The notes: generated by a model from the sequence alone, not told the origin. Positions 1-10,082 are shown, counted from the stretch's first letter. The stretch: DNA of 64,000 nucleotides from an uncultured Planctomycetales bacterium (GCA_964428315.1 CAYRXT010000006.1:8071-72070), one strand, 5' to 3'. Program-made: numbers and translations.

Positions 1-480
1 CTCGTCGTGGCCCCGCGTCACACCGAGCGAGTTGCGGACATTGTTCAAACGATCGCGGCCCATGGATTAAAGGCAAAGAAGTTTTCCCAATTGCAGGGGG
101 AAGACATCGAACCGGATGATGTTGTCGTGGTCGATACCATCGGACACCTGCGGTCCATCTACGGTCTGGCGGATATCGTCTTTGTGGGCAAGAGCCTGAA
201 GGCCGGAGGGGGGCATAACATCATCGAGCCGGCCTATTTCGCCAAGGCGATCATCGTCGGTCCGATGATGGATAATTTCCGGGATATCACGGATCTCTTT
301 TTGATCGACGATGCGGTCATCCAGGCGGGCGACGCGGATGATTTCCGCCGGCAGGTCAAAGAGCTCGTGAAGGACAGCAAAAGGCGCGAACGTTTGGGCG
401 TGAACGCGCGGAAGGTCATCGATAAGAATACGGGCGCGACAGACAAGACGTGGCGGTGCGTCCGGGAACTGCTGAATTAA
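1..480 (+). CDS. waaA: 3-deoxy-D-manno-octulosonic acid (Kdo) transferase, C-terminal part; gene continues upstream of window
   Basis: In frame with ORF 7..480. GGGHNIIEPA motif and C-terminal region typical of KdtA/WaaA (GT30). lpxK follows immediately. Confidence 0.8.
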   Translation, partial: LVVAPRHTERVADIVQTIAAHGLKAKKFSQLQGEDIEPDDVVVVDTIGHLRSIYGLADIVFVGKSLKAGGGHNIIEPAYFAKAIIVGPMMDNFRDITDLFLIDDAVIQAGDADDFRRQVKELVKDSKRRERLGVNARKVIDKNTGATDKTWRCVRELLN

Positions 481-495
481 GGTGGCGGGCGGACC

Positions 496-1587
496 GTGAG
501 AGTGCGCGTAAAACAATTTTTGCATGCCATAGCGACGGACAGGAACGGCTCTTTCTGGGCCGCGCCCATCAGGGGCCTTTTATGGCTGGCGTCGTTCGTC
601 TATTGCGCCGGTCAGAAGATGATCCTGTTGGTCTATCAAAGCGGAGTAGTAAAACCCCTGAAACTTCCTCTGCCCGTTATCAGCGTGGGGAACATTACTC
701 TGGGCGGCGTGGGAAAGACCCCGCTGGTCATGCGGCTCGCCGGTCATCTCAGGGATCAGGGCAGGCGACCGGTCATCCTTGTGCGCGGCTACATGGCTTC
801 CCGTGGGAGCGCCTCGTCCGACGAGGTTCTTTTGATGGAAAAGAAACTGCCCGGCGTACCGGTCAGGGCCGGACGCGACCGGGTTCGGTCCGCCCTGGAC
901 GCTTTACGGAAAAGGGAAGGCGACGTTTTTCTCCTGGATGACGGATTCCAGCATTGGCCGCTGGCCCGGGATCTGGATATTGTGGCCGTCGATTGCCGGC
1001 AGGAATTCGGCAACGGCCATCTTTTGCCCCGGGGGATCCTCCGCGAACCGGTGAACGCGCTGAAAAGGGCGGACCTTTTTGTCCTGACCAAGGCCGATGT
1101 CCCGACGGAACGTCGGGCCATGGTCAGGAGGCGGCTGGCCGCGGTCAATCCCCGCGCCCCCGTGATCACCAGTTATCACAAGGCCGCGGGTTTGAAATCC
1201 CTCGGGGAGAAGGATCCGCTGTCCTTGGATTCAATTAAAGGACGGCGCGTGTTCGCTTTCTGCAGTATCGGAGACCCGGACTCTTTCCGCCGCATGATCC
1301 TCGGTCTTGGAGGGGAGATCGCCGTCCTTCATGATTTTATCGACCATCACGTGTATAATGCGCGGGATGTCGAAATGCTTATATCCCGGGCCGAATACGC
1401 CCGATCGGATCTCTTGATGACAACGGAGAAAGACGAGGTGAAACTCACCGGTTTCGCAAAGGAGCTGAGACGCCGGATACCGGCCGTTGTCCTGCAGGTC
1501 GATATCGAGATCGAAGAAGGCGAAGAGGTCCTCAATGAGACCCTGGACGCTGTAATGAAAAAAAAGGACCCGGCGGACACGCAATGA
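496..1587 (+). CDS. lpxK: Tetraacyldisaccharide 4'-kinase
   Basis: 363 aa. P-loop GNITLGGVGKTP characteristic of LpxK. Sits between waaA and the lpxL-like gene. Confidence 0.9.
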   Translation: MRVRVKQFLHAIATDRNGSFWAAPIRGLLWLASFVYCAGQKMILLVYQSGVVKPLKLPLPVISVGNITLGGVGKTPLVMRLAGHLRDQGRRPVILVRGYMASRGSASSDEVLLMEKKLPGVPVRAGRDRVRSALDALRKREGDVFLLDDGFQHWPLARDLDIVAVDCRQEFGNGHLLPRGILREPVNALKRADLFVLTKADVPTERRAMVRRRLAAVNPRAPVITSYHKAAGLKSLGEKDPLSLDSIKGRRVFAFCSIGDPDSFRRMILGLGGEIAVLHDFIDHHVYNARDVEMLISRAEYARSDLLMTTEKDEVKLTGFAKELRRRIPAVVLQVDIEIEEGEEVLNETLDAVMKKKDPADTQ

Positions 1588-1641
1588 AAGCGCAGAATAT
1601 CCGCAGGAAAACCGGATAATTTATGCAAACATCGTTTTTCC

Positions 1642-3621
1642 ATGAATGAGAAGAGGACAGAAAAAGAAAGCCTGTATTACTGGCTTGTGAGGATCTTCGC
1701 AGCCTTTATCCGCGCCATGCCTCTCGGGATGGCCTTGTGGACGGGCCGCCGCGTCGGGTCAGCCGGGTATTACCTTGATAAAAAACACCGCGCCCTGGCG
1801 TATTCCAACCTCAAGGTGGCCTTTGCCCGGGAAAAAAAGCCAGCAGAAATCCGCAGAATCGTTAAAAGACTGTTCAAAAGTTACGGGCAGAACATGATCG
1901 AGCTTCTGCGCCTGCCGCTGATCACGCCGGAAAAAGTGCGAGAGCACGTCCGGATCGAAGGCGAAGAACATCTCCAGGCCGCCTTGGACGAACGCAAAGG
2001 CGTGATCATGCTGGCCATGCATTTCGGGAGCTGGGAGCTCGCGAGTTTTTCCTGTTCGACCCTGGGGGCGGTTTACAAAGTGATGGTCAAACCTCAGACC
2101 CGGTATTCGCGCCTGGACGAATTGCTCAATTCCTACCGGGAGGCCGGGGGGTCGGTTGTGCTGGAGCGGGGCATGGGCACCCGCGAGGTCATCAAGAGCC
2201 TGAAGAACAACGAGATTATCGGAATGGTCGTGGACCAGGGCGGAAAGGACGGGATGCTCGTCGACTTTTTCGGCCGGCAGGCCTCGCTTTCGGTCGGGGC
2301 CGTCCGCATGGGGCTGAAACTTGAGACGCCGATCTGTTTTTCGATCATTATCCGCGAGGGACGCCGTCATCGCCTGGTCATCCATCCGCCCTTTCATCTG
2401 GTGAAGACGGGCGACGCGGAAAGCGACGTCCGGTGCAATCTGCAGAGCGTGGTGCGGATAATGGAAGATTATATCCGGCGGTATCCATGGGAATACATGT
2501 GGTTTTACAAGATCTGGAAATACTCCAAAGAGGCGAATATCGTCGTTCTGGACGACGGGAGGAAAGGGCATCTCAACCAGGCCCTGTGCATGTCCCAAAA
2601 GATCGAGGAGGCCCTGCGCGAAAGAGGGATTAACAGTTGTACCATGACAGAGGAAGTGGTTTTCAAGAACAGGTTTTCGTCCCTGATGATCACTCTGATC
2701 AGCTTTCTTTCTCACCCCAGTTTTTGCCAGGGACGTCTGCGTCTGCTGAAATGGTTTCTTAAAAGGGAATGCTTTCTTCGTCTGGTGAAGGTGAAGGCCG
2801 ATTATGTCATTTCATGCGGGTCGACCGCGGCCGGCGTCAACTTCCTTCTGTCGCGCGATCATGCCGCCAAGAGCGTGTCCATTCTCCGGCCCGGCATACT
2901 CGGGCTCCGGCGCTTTGACGCCGTTGTCCTGCCCGTGCATGAAAAGGTTGCCGCTCGCCGGTCTGCGAAAACACGTATTGTCCGCACCCACGGGGCCCCG
3001 AACTTGGTCACGAAAGACGCGATGTCCCGCGCCGCGGACGGACTCAAGGACCGCTTCGAAAACCTTCGGTTTGGGCGTACCACAAAGATCGGGATATTGA
3101 TCGGCGGAGACACAAAGAAAAAGGCCATTATGAACTCCAAAATCCGCCTGTTGCTCAGGCAGATCAAAGAGGTGTCGGAACGGGTGGACGCGGATATCCT
3201 GCTCACCACTTCGCGGCGGACGCCGGCTCCACTCGAGGCCTTCGTTAAAAGGGAGTTCAAAGGATTTTCCCGCTGTCAGCTGATGATTATCCCGTCGGAG
3301 GACGATGTCCCCCATGCCGTGAACGGCATATTGGGATTGGCCGATATCCTGGTTGTGACCGGTGACAGCATTTCGATGGTCTCGGAGGCGGCCTCATCCG
3401 GCAGGAATACGATCGTACTCCCCTTGGAGGACAGATCCCCGGGCTCCGCGTCCCGTCGGCACGCGGTCTTTTTAGAACATCTGAGCCGGCAGGGTTATAT
3501 CCTGCTCGGCGAGGAAAAGCATCTGTTGACGAACATTATCGAGATGGTGAAGAAGAAAATCCGCACCAAACAACTCGATGATAATGCCGTTCTCCTGGAT
3601 GCCGCAAGACACATTATCTGA
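1642..3621 (+). CDS. Fusion protein: N-terminal Kdo2-lipid A late acyltransferase (LpxL/LpxM/HtrB family), C-terminal ELM1/DUF1022 (GT-B-like) domain
   Basis: 659 aa. The N-terminal ~300 aa align to LpxL, including the C-terminal PWEYMWFYKIWK signature and the MHFGSWELA region. Residues ~300-659 begin IVVLDDGRKGHLNQAL, typical of the ELM1/DUF1022 family. Confidence 0.75.
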   Translation: MNEKRTEKESLYYWLVRIFAAFIRAMPLGMALWTGRRVGSAGYYLDKKHRALAYSNLKVAFAREKKPAEIRRIVKRLFKSYGQNMIELLRLPLITPEKVREHVRIEGEEHLQAALDERKGVIMLAMHFGSWELASFSCSTLGAVYKVMVKPQTRYSRLDELLNSYREAGGSVVLERGMGTREVIKSLKNNEIIGMVVDQGGKDGMLVDFFGRQASLSVGAVRMGLKLETPICFSIIIREGRRHRLVIHPPFHLVKTGDAESDVRCNLQSVVRIMEDYIRRYPWEYMWFYKIWKYSKEANIVVLDDGRKGHLNQALCMSQKIEEALRERGINSCTMTEEVVFKNRFSSLMITLISFLSHPSFCQGRLRLLKWFLKRECFLRLVKVKADYVISCGSTAAGVNFLLSRDHAAKSVSILRPGILGLRRFDAVVLPVHEKVAARRSAKTRIVRTHGAPNLVTKDAMSRAADGLKDRFENLRFGRTTKIGILIGGDTKKKAIMNSKIRLLLRQIKEVSERVDADILLTTSRRTPAPLEAFVKREFKGFSRCQLMIIPSEDDVPHAVNGILGLADILVVTGDSISMVSEAASSGRNTIVLPLEDRSPGSASRRHAVFLEHLSRQGYILLGEEKHLLTNIIEMVKKKIRTKQLDDNAVLLDAARHII

Positions 3622-3642
3622 CAACAGGGAATTCTTCCGTTC

Positions 3643-5736
3643 ATGAACATTCTTCAGATATTACCGGAACTGAACGTCGGCGGTGTGGAGACCGGGACTC
3701 TCGACTTTGCCCGCTACCTGGTCCAAAACGGCCACCGGGCCGTTGTTGTCTCTCACGGCGGCGTCCTGCTGAAGGAACTGCAGTCCATGGGAGTCCAACA
3801 TTACACCCTGCCCGTGCACAAAAAATCTCTCTGGACGATCCTGCGGTGCATCCGTGAATTTGAGGATATCCTTCGAGCCGAGAAAGTCGATGTCGTTCAT
3901 GCCCGCTCCCGTATCCCGGCGTGGATCGCCTTCTTCGCCTGCCGGAGGACGAAAACGGCCTTTGTCACCACGTGTCACGGTTATTACGGGAATCATATCC
4001 TTTCCCGCGTCATGGGCTGGTCCAAACTGGTGATCGTGCCCAGCGGGGTGATAGGGAGGCACATGATCGAAGACTTCGGCGTCCTGCCGGAAAATATCCG
4101 CCGGATTCCTCGCAGTGTCGACCTGTCAAAATTTGACGGCTTGGCGAAGACCAAGCTCAAGAATGAGTGCGTCGTGACGATGATCGGACGCATCACGCCG
4201 CTCAAGGGGCATAAATATTTCTTGAAGGCCATGGCCAGGGTAATCCGTTCCATCCCGTATTTGAAGATATGGATCGTCGGGGACTCCCTGCGCGGGAAGG
4301 AATCGTACAGACGGGAACTCGAACTTTTGGTCAAGCGTCTGGGTTTGGGCGACTATGTCGAGTTCCTGGGAAGCAGGCAGGATATCCCCGAGATACTCGG
4401 CAGGACCAACGTCCTGGTCCTTTCCACGGTAACGGAGGAGGCCTTCGGGCGGGTGATCCTTGAGGCCCAGGCGTCCGGCGTCCCCGTGGTTGCGACAAAA
4501 GTCGGCGGAGTGGTGGAAATTATCGAAGACGGACGCACCGGTCTATTGGTCCTTCCCAGAGACCCGGAGGCCATGGCCCGGTCCGTCATCCGCCTGCTTA
4601 AAGACGAAAAGCTGGCGGCCTCGTTGACATCCCGGGCCCGCGAAAAACTTCAGCGGGAATTCACCCTCGAGCGGATGGCGGAAAGGACGCTGTCGGTTTA
4701 CGAGGAGCTTCTGGGGCTTATGAGCATACTGGTTATCAAGATCAGCTCTCTGGGTGACGTGATCCTGGCCACACCGTCTCTTAAGGCCTTGAAGGAAAAA
4801 TTTCCCCGGGCGAAGATCTATTGTGTCGTCGGCAAGGACTCGCGCGCTGTCCTCCAGCGTTGTCCTTACCTGGACGATCTTATCGTATTCGATCCGAAAG
4901 AAAAGGATAAGGGATGGGGCGGGCTTCTGAAATTTTCGCGCAAGCTCCGTAAATACAAATTTGATCTGGTCGTGGATTTCCAGAACAACAGGACCAGCCA
5001 CTGGATGTCTTTTTTGGTGTTCCCCGTTGACAGCTACGGGTACGACAACGGGAAATGGGGATTCCTCCTTAGCCAAAGAATCAAGGATGACCAGAGAAAC
5101 CTCCCGCCGGTGGCGCACCAGTTCCGTATCCTGCATGGCCTGGGTATACCCTACAGGCCGGACTGCCGGCTGGAATTCTGGCTGAACGCGCAAGACGAAA
5201 AAAGGACGCAGGCGTTGATGGAATCCGAGTGGGTCGCCAAAAACCAGAAAGTTATCGGCATCAATCTTTCCGCGTCTAAAGAGTGGATCACTAAAAATTG
5301 GCCTCTCAAATATATGGCCGAGCTTTGCGATCAGCTCGCCCAAAAAGGCCTGCGTGTCATCCTGACGGGAATGGAAAAAGACAGGGACACGGCGCATGAG
5401 CTGTCCATGATGACGAAGGCCAAACCCGCCTCCTTCGTAGGGAAGACCGACGTCCTTGAGCTGGCTGTCCTGATCAGGCGCTGTGCCGTTTACGTGACGC
5501 CGGATTCGGCCCCTCTGCATATCGCCGCGGCCGTCAAGACGCCTTTTGTCGCCCTGTTCGGCCCCACCGATGCCCGCCGCCACATGCCGCCGGCCGGGCG
5601 TTGCACCGTCCTTCAAAAGGACCTTAAATGCTCCCCCTGCTACAGCACCTACTGCAAAGTGGCCACGCATGCCTGCATGCGGGAGATCACGCCCTCCCAG
5701 GTGCTCCACGAGATCGAGAAGCTTATGACGTCGTAA
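3643..5736 (+). CDS. Bifunctional glycosyltransferase: N-terminal GT4 (family-1 glycosyltransferase) fused to C-terminal GT9 (LPS heptosyltransferase-like)
   Basis: 697 aa. The N-terminal half has a GT4 fold (EAQASGVPVVAT motif). The C-terminal half starts MSILVIKISSLGDVILATPSLKALKEKFP and ends with the GPTD/CSPC region typical of ADP-heptose:LPS heptosyltransferases. Confidence 0.75.
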   Translation: MNILQILPELNVGGVETGTLDFARYLVQNGHRAVVVSHGGVLLKELQSMGVQHYTLPVHKKSLWTILRCIREFEDILRAEKVDVVHARSRIPAWIAFFACRRTKTAFVTTCHGYYGNHILSRVMGWSKLVIVPSGVIGRHMIEDFGVLPENIRRIPRSVDLSKFDGLAKTKLKNECVVTMIGRITPLKGHKYFLKAMARVIRSIPYLKIWIVGDSLRGKESYRRELELLVKRLGLGDYVEFLGSRQDIPEILGRTNVLVLSTVTEEAFGRVILEAQASGVPVVATKVGGVVEIIEDGRTGLLVLPRDPEAMARSVIRLLKDEKLAASLTSRAREKLQREFTLERMAERTLSVYEELLGLMSILVIKISSLGDVILATPSLKALKEKFPRAKIYCVVGKDSRAVLQRCPYLDDLIVFDPKEKDKGWGGLLKFSRKLRKYKFDLVVDFQNNRTSHWMSFLVFPVDSYGYDNGKWGFLLSQRIKDDQRNLPPVAHQFRILHGLGIPYRPDCRLEFWLNAQDEKRTQALMESEWVAKNQKVIGINLSASKEWITKNWPLKYMAELCDQLAQKGLRVILTGMEKDRDTAHELSMMTKAKPASFVGKTDVLELAVLIRRCAVYVTPDSAPLHIAAAVKTPFVALFGPTDARRHMPPAGRCTVLQKDLKCSPCYSTYCKVATHACMREITPSQVLHEIEKLMTS

Positions 5737-5776
5737 TTAGAATTTCCCGTTTCTATCCGATAAGAAAATCGTTATA

Positions 5777-6880
5777 ATGAAACCCATGAAGATCCTTATC
5801 CTGACCACCCATTTGAATGCAGGCGGTATTGCCACCTATGTCACGAGTCTGGCACGGGGATTGACCCATGAAGACCAGGGCGTGTTTGTGGCCAGCAGCG
5901 GCGGCAGCAAGGAGCAGGCCCTCGAGGCTATGCAGGTTGAGCACATCCCCCTAGACATCCGCACCAAGTGCGAGGTCAGCGCCAAGGTCTACCGCGCCTT
6001 GCGTCCGGTCGTTAACTGCTTGCGGGAAAATCATATACAGGTCATTCATGCTCAAACCCGGGTAACGCAGGTCGTCGCCCAACTGGCAAGCCAGATCACC
6101 GGCGTGCCCTGTGTGACGACGTGCCACGGTTTTTTCAAGAAAAGACTGGTCCGCAGACTTATGCCATGCTGGGGGCATGCGGTCATTGCTATTTCTCAGG
6201 CCGTGGCGGACCATCTTCATAAAGATTTTGGCGTTGAAGAGAAAAGAATCCACCTTGTCCATAGCGGCGTGGATGTGGCGGACTATCCTGATCTCAGCGA
6301 AGACATTAAGATGGTGGAAAAAAGAAAATTAAGTTTGAAGACCGGCCCTGTCATCGGGATTATCGCACGGCTTTCGGATGTCAAAGGCCACCGTTATCTG
6401 ATCGAGGCCATGCCCCGGATTATTCAGGACTACGGCGACGCCAGTCTCCTTATCGCTGGACAGGGCAGGCTCGAAGAGGAATTGCGGGCAATCGTGAGAC
6501 GGATGCACCTGGAGAATCATATTGTGTTCCATCCCTTTTTCAGTTCCAACGCCGATGTCCTGCCTTTGCTGGATGTTTTTGTCATGCCTTCCCTGCAGGA
6601 GGGACTGGGGTTGTCCGTGATGGAGGCCCAGGCCGCCGGTTTGCCTGTGGTGGCGTCGTGTGTGGGCGGGCTTCCGACTTTGGTTGAAGAAGGAAAGACG
6701 GGATTGCTGGTTCCGCCCGGATCTCCCGAACGGATAGCGCAAGCGGTGCTGGAGATCCTGCGAGACCGGGAAAAGGCCAGAGAAATGGGCCGGACCGCAC
6801 GAGAGTTTATTAAAAACAATTTTTCTATGCAACAAATGGCAAGGGAAACCCTGGAAGTTTACCGGAAGGTTGCCGGATGA
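5777..6880 (+). CDS. Glycosyltransferase family 4 (LPS core glycosyltransferase)
   Basis: 367 aa. GT4 motifs (EGLGLSVMEAQAAGLPVVAS). Lies within the LPS core cluster. Confidence 0.8.
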   Translation: MKPMKILILTTHLNAGGIATYVTSLARGLTHEDQGVFVASSGGSKEQALEAMQVEHIPLDIRTKCEVSAKVYRALRPVVNCLRENHIQVIHAQTRVTQVVAQLASQITGVPCVTTCHGFFKKRLVRRLMPCWGHAVIAISQAVADHLHKDFGVEEKRIHLVHSGVDVADYPDLSEDIKMVEKRKLSLKTGPVIGIIARLSDVKGHRYLIEAMPRIIQDYGDASLLIAGQGRLEEELRAIVRRMHLENHIVFHPFFSSNADVLPLLDVFVMPSLQEGLGLSVMEAQAAGLPVVASCVGGLPTLVEEGKTGLLVPPGSPERIAQAVLEILRDREKAREMGRTAREFIKNNFSMQQMARETLEVYRKVAG

Positions 6881-6919
6881 TTAGGAATAAGGGATAAGGG
6901 ATTGGGTCACTAAACCAGC

Positions 6920-7945
6920 ATGACAATGTCCAAGAAGATTCTCGTCTTTAACATCAACTGGCTGGGGGACGCGGTTTTTTCTCTCCCCGTTTTCCGGGCG
7001 CTGAAAGAACATTTTCCCGATTCCACAATAACGTGCGCTGGGCCGCCCCGGATCCGGGACATCATGGAAGGTTCCGCCTTTCTGGATGCCTTCATCCCTT
7101 TCGATGAAAGGAAGGAGGATCGCGGCCTTTTGCGTAAGATCCGTTTTATCCGAATATTAAACCGGCACAGATTTGACAGCGTTTATTTATTGCACGGATC
7201 CCTGACGCGGGCCCTGATCACAGCCCTGGCAGGTATTCCCCGGCGCGTGGGATACGCCACCAAAGGCCGGGGCTTTCTGCTGACACAGCGGATCGAACTG
7301 CCCGCGGATGGATGGCACCGCGCGGATTATTATCTTAAAGTGGTCGAAGACAGCGGGGTACGGGTCATGACGCGCGCGTATTCCCTGGATGCCGGCGAGC
7401 AGGCCATGGTATCCGTCCGCCGGCTTCTTCAAACAAAGGGCATAGACAACGAAGAGAGACTCATCGTTATCAATACCGGCGGCAACTGGCATCTCAAGCG
7501 TTGGCCCTCAGCAAATTTTTCTGAACTGATTGACCGGCTCGTTGAAGAATTCAAAGTCAAGATTGTCATCCCTGGAGGGGAAAAAGACAGAGAGCACGTC
7601 GAGAGGATTGCGGGCGCCTGCCGCAGCAAGCCGGTGAATTGTTGCGGAGAGACGGACCTGAAACAGTTGACGGCGCTTATGCGGAGGGCCTCTTGCGTTG
7701 TCTCTGCCGATACGGGACCTTTGCATCTGGCCTCTGGCGCAGGGACGCCCGTGGTGGCCCTTTTCGGCCCCACGCATCCGGCCGTCACAGGGCCCCGGGG
7801 GACGGGGCCGGCGCGTATCATCCAGAAACAGGTGGGCTGCAACTTTTCCCCCTGTTACAACCTCGGCTGCCCGGATAACGTGTGTATGAAAATGATCGGA
7901 GTTGACGATGTCTGCCAGGCCGTCCGCGATATCATCAGTCAGTAA
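6920..7945 (+). CDS. Glycosyltransferase family 9 (ADP-heptose:LPS heptosyltransferase, WaaF/WaaC-like)
   Basis: 341 aa. N-terminal ILVFNINWLGDAVFSLP and C-terminal GPLHLASGAGTPVVALFGPT...CSPC motifs of GT9. Confidence 0.8.
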   Translation: MTMSKKILVFNINWLGDAVFSLPVFRALKEHFPDSTITCAGPPRIRDIMEGSAFLDAFIPFDERKEDRGLLRKIRFIRILNRHRFDSVYLLHGSLTRALITALAGIPRRVGYATKGRGFLLTQRIELPADGWHRADYYLKVVEDSGVRVMTRAYSLDAGEQAMVSVRRLLQTKGIDNEERLIVINTGGNWHLKRWPSANFSELIDRLVEEFKVKIVIPGGEKDREHVERIAGACRSKPVNCCGETDLKQLTALMRRASCVVSADTGPLHLASGAGTPVVALFGPTHPAVTGPRGTGPARIIQKQVGCNFSPCYNLGCPDNVCMKMIGVDDVCQAVRDIISQ

Positions 7946-8906
7946 GATCCTGATTATCAGTTTGAGCAACATCGGGGACGTGATCCTGACCTTTCCCGTG
8001 ATAGATGTTTTGCGGGAGGATTTACCCGGCGCGTTATTGGACGTGGTCGTTGGGCCCAAGCCCGTCGCCTTGTTTAAGGACAATCTCCACATCCACAAGG
8101 TTATTGTCTTTAACAAACATCAGCCTTTAAGGGAGAAGGCGCGCTGGTTATGGCGCCTGAAACAGGAGCGGTACGATATGGTCGTGGATCTGCGCAACAC
8201 CGCCATCCCGTTTTTTCTCGGTGCCCGTCGAAAGACACCGCTTCGCTGGACAGGGCGCGGACGCAGGCACCGCAAGCACGAGCATCTGGACCGTTTGCGA
8301 AGGGTCCATGATTTTTGTTGCGAGCCGGAGACGAATTATGCGTTATCCTTTGATCCACGCGAAGAGCGGTATGTTTCGGAGATGATCGATGAACACATCG
8401 GACGACAGCGGTTCGTTGCGGTGGGACCGGGAGCGGCCGATCATGCCAAACGCTGGGCGTCTGCCGGGTTCGCCCGGGTTTGCGATGTGCTCCGGCAAGA
8501 GTACGGCCTGGGCATAGTTTTCGTCGGTGACGCTTCGGATTCGGCCTTTATCGGAGAGATCCGTGAGGCGATGAACAGTCCAGCTGCTGATTGTTCGGGA
8601 AAGACATCCCTGACACAGCTGGCCTGTCTGATCCGCCGGGCCTCTTTGGTCTTGAGTAACGACAGCGCGATAATGCACATGGCCAGTTATTTGGATGTGC
8701 CGGTCGCCGCCTTGTTCGGACCGACCCCGGCCGCACTTTACGGGCCGTGGGGCTCCCAGTCGTGTGTCATTAAAAAAACGGATGAATGTCCTGCCTGTCG
8801 GGAAAAGAGCGGGGGACAAAGACATACCTGCATGGACGCTATTCAACCTGATGATGTACTGACCGCTTTAAAGATCAACTTTCCGCAGATACTGAGCGAG
8901 TCATGA
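7902..8906 (+). CDS. Glycosyltransferase family 9 (heptosyltransferase paralogue)
   Basis: 334 aa. ILIISLSNIGDVILTFP N-terminus and MHMASYLDVPVAALFGPT C-terminal motif. The 5' end overlaps the upstream GT9 gene by ~40 nt in another frame, so the true start may be Met3 at 7908. Confidence 0.75.
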   Translation: MTMSARPSAISSVSKILIISLSNIGDVILTFPVIDVLREDLPGALLDVVVGPKPVALFKDNLHIHKVIVFNKHQPLREKARWLWRLKQERYDMVVDLRNTAIPFFLGARRKTPLRWTGRGRRHRKHEHLDRLRRVHDFCCEPETNYALSFDPREERYVSEMIDEHIGRQRFVAVGPGAADHAKRWASAGFARVCDVLRQEYGLGIVFVGDASDSAFIGEIREAMNSPAADCSGKTSLTQLACLIRRASLVLSNDSAIMHMASYLDVPVAALFGPTPAALYGPWGSQSCVIKKTDECPACREKSGGQRHTCMDAIQPDDVLTALKINFPQILSES

Positions 8907-9961
8907 ACAAGACCATGAAGATCCTGGCTGTCCGGACGGACCGCATGGGGGATGTCCTTCTCACCACGCCGGCATTCGCCGCTTTGCGCCGCGCCTTTCC
9001 CCGGGCCGAAATCAGCGTCCTGGTGAATCCTTCCACGCGGGAGATCGTCGACGGGAATCCGCACATCGATGACATCATCATCGACGATAAACATGGCCGT
9101 CACAGGGGGGCGCTGGGTTTCTGGCGTCTGGTTCTTCAACTGCGGCGCCGGCGGTTTGACGTCGCGGTTATCTTTCACACAAAAAAACGGACGAATGTTT
9201 TGTGTTTCTTGGCCGGTATTCCCCGGCGGGTCGGTTATAGAAACAACAAATGCGGATTTTTGCTGACTGAACCTTTGAAAGACAGAAGACCTGAGGGGCG
9301 ACAGCACGAAGCGGAATACTGTCTAGATGTCGTGCGGACGTTGGGCGTGCGATCCGATGCGCTGGACATGCATTTCCCGTTAAAGGAGGAGGCCGAGCTT
9401 TGGGCCGACCGTTTCCTGAACGATAACGGGATCGCGTCCGATGTGGCGCTGGTGGCGGTTCATCCCGGGGCAAGCTGTGTGTCGAAACGCTGGCCTCCGG
9501 AAAGGTTCGCGGGTCTGATCAACCGGCTGCACACCCGGTATCGGGTCCGCAGTGTTTTAGTGGGCGCCGCGGCTCATGAAAATCTGGTCAGGGTCCTGAA
9601 GGAGCGCGTGGACGTTCCCCTTCTTGATTTGACCGGAATAACGTCTCTCGCCCAGCTGGCGAGCTTATTGAAACGCTGCCGGCTGCTGGTTTCCAATGAT
9701 TCCGGGCCGGTCCATCTGGCTACGGCCGTTTCCACGCCGGTCATTTCAATATTCGGAAGAAACCAGGCCGGCTTGAGCCCTGTGCGCTGGCGGCCCTTAG
9801 GCCCGCGGGACCGGTTTGTCCATAAGGAGGTAGGTTGTGAAGTCTGTTTGGCGCATAATTGCGCGATCGATTTCAAATGCCTGAAAGAGATCCCGGAAGA
9901 TGAAATCATGGCCGCCGTTGTTGAGTTGCTGGACGAACAAAAAATAACGGGCAAGCTGTAA
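8903..9961 (+). CDS. Glycosyltransferase family 9 (heptosyltransferase paralogue, WaaC-like)
   Basis: 352 aa. MKILAVRTDRMGDVLLTTPAF N-terminus and GPVHLATAVSTPVISIFG C-terminal motif. Confidence 0.8.
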   Translation: MNKTMKILAVRTDRMGDVLLTTPAFAALRRAFPRAEISVLVNPSTREIVDGNPHIDDIIIDDKHGRHRGALGFWRLVLQLRRRRFDVAVIFHTKKRTNVLCFLAGIPRRVGYRNNKCGFLLTEPLKDRRPEGRQHEAEYCLDVVRTLGVRSDALDMHFPLKEEAELWADRFLNDNGIASDVALVAVHPGASCVSKRWPPERFAGLINRLHTRYRVRSVLVGAAAHENLVRVLKERVDVPLLDLTGITSLAQLASLLKRCRLLVSNDSGPVHLATAVSTPVISIFGRNQAGLSPVRWRPLGPRDRFVHKEVGCEVCLAHNCAIDFKCLKEIPEDEIMAAVVELLDEQKITGKL

Positions 9962-10020
9962 CTCCATTTCATTGAATGATTTATAAAATGAAGGACGATT
10001 CGCGGTGCTCATAGAATAAG

Positions 10021-10049
10021 TTGACGCTCATTCTAAACTATGTTAGAAT
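10021..10049 (+). promoter_or_regulatory. Sigma70-type promoter upstream of the hldA-kds-lpt operon (TTGACG-17nt-TAGAAT)
   Basis: Lies in the 120-bp AT-rich intergenic island 9962-10082. -35 TTGACG at 10021-10026, 17-nt spacer, -10 TAGAAT at 10044-10049, about 35 nt upstream of the ATG at 10083. Confidence 0.5.
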
Positions 10050-10082
10050 CAATTTTCATTTCCCATTGAGTAATAACCATTT

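Noticed and set aside
4543-5709. 388-aa ORF on the minus strand inside the GT4-GT9 fusion gene
   Set aside because: It is fully embedded antisense in a strongly supported + strand gene. Its Arg/Gly/Pro-rich composition is typical of high-GC antisense frames, and it has no recognisable domain.
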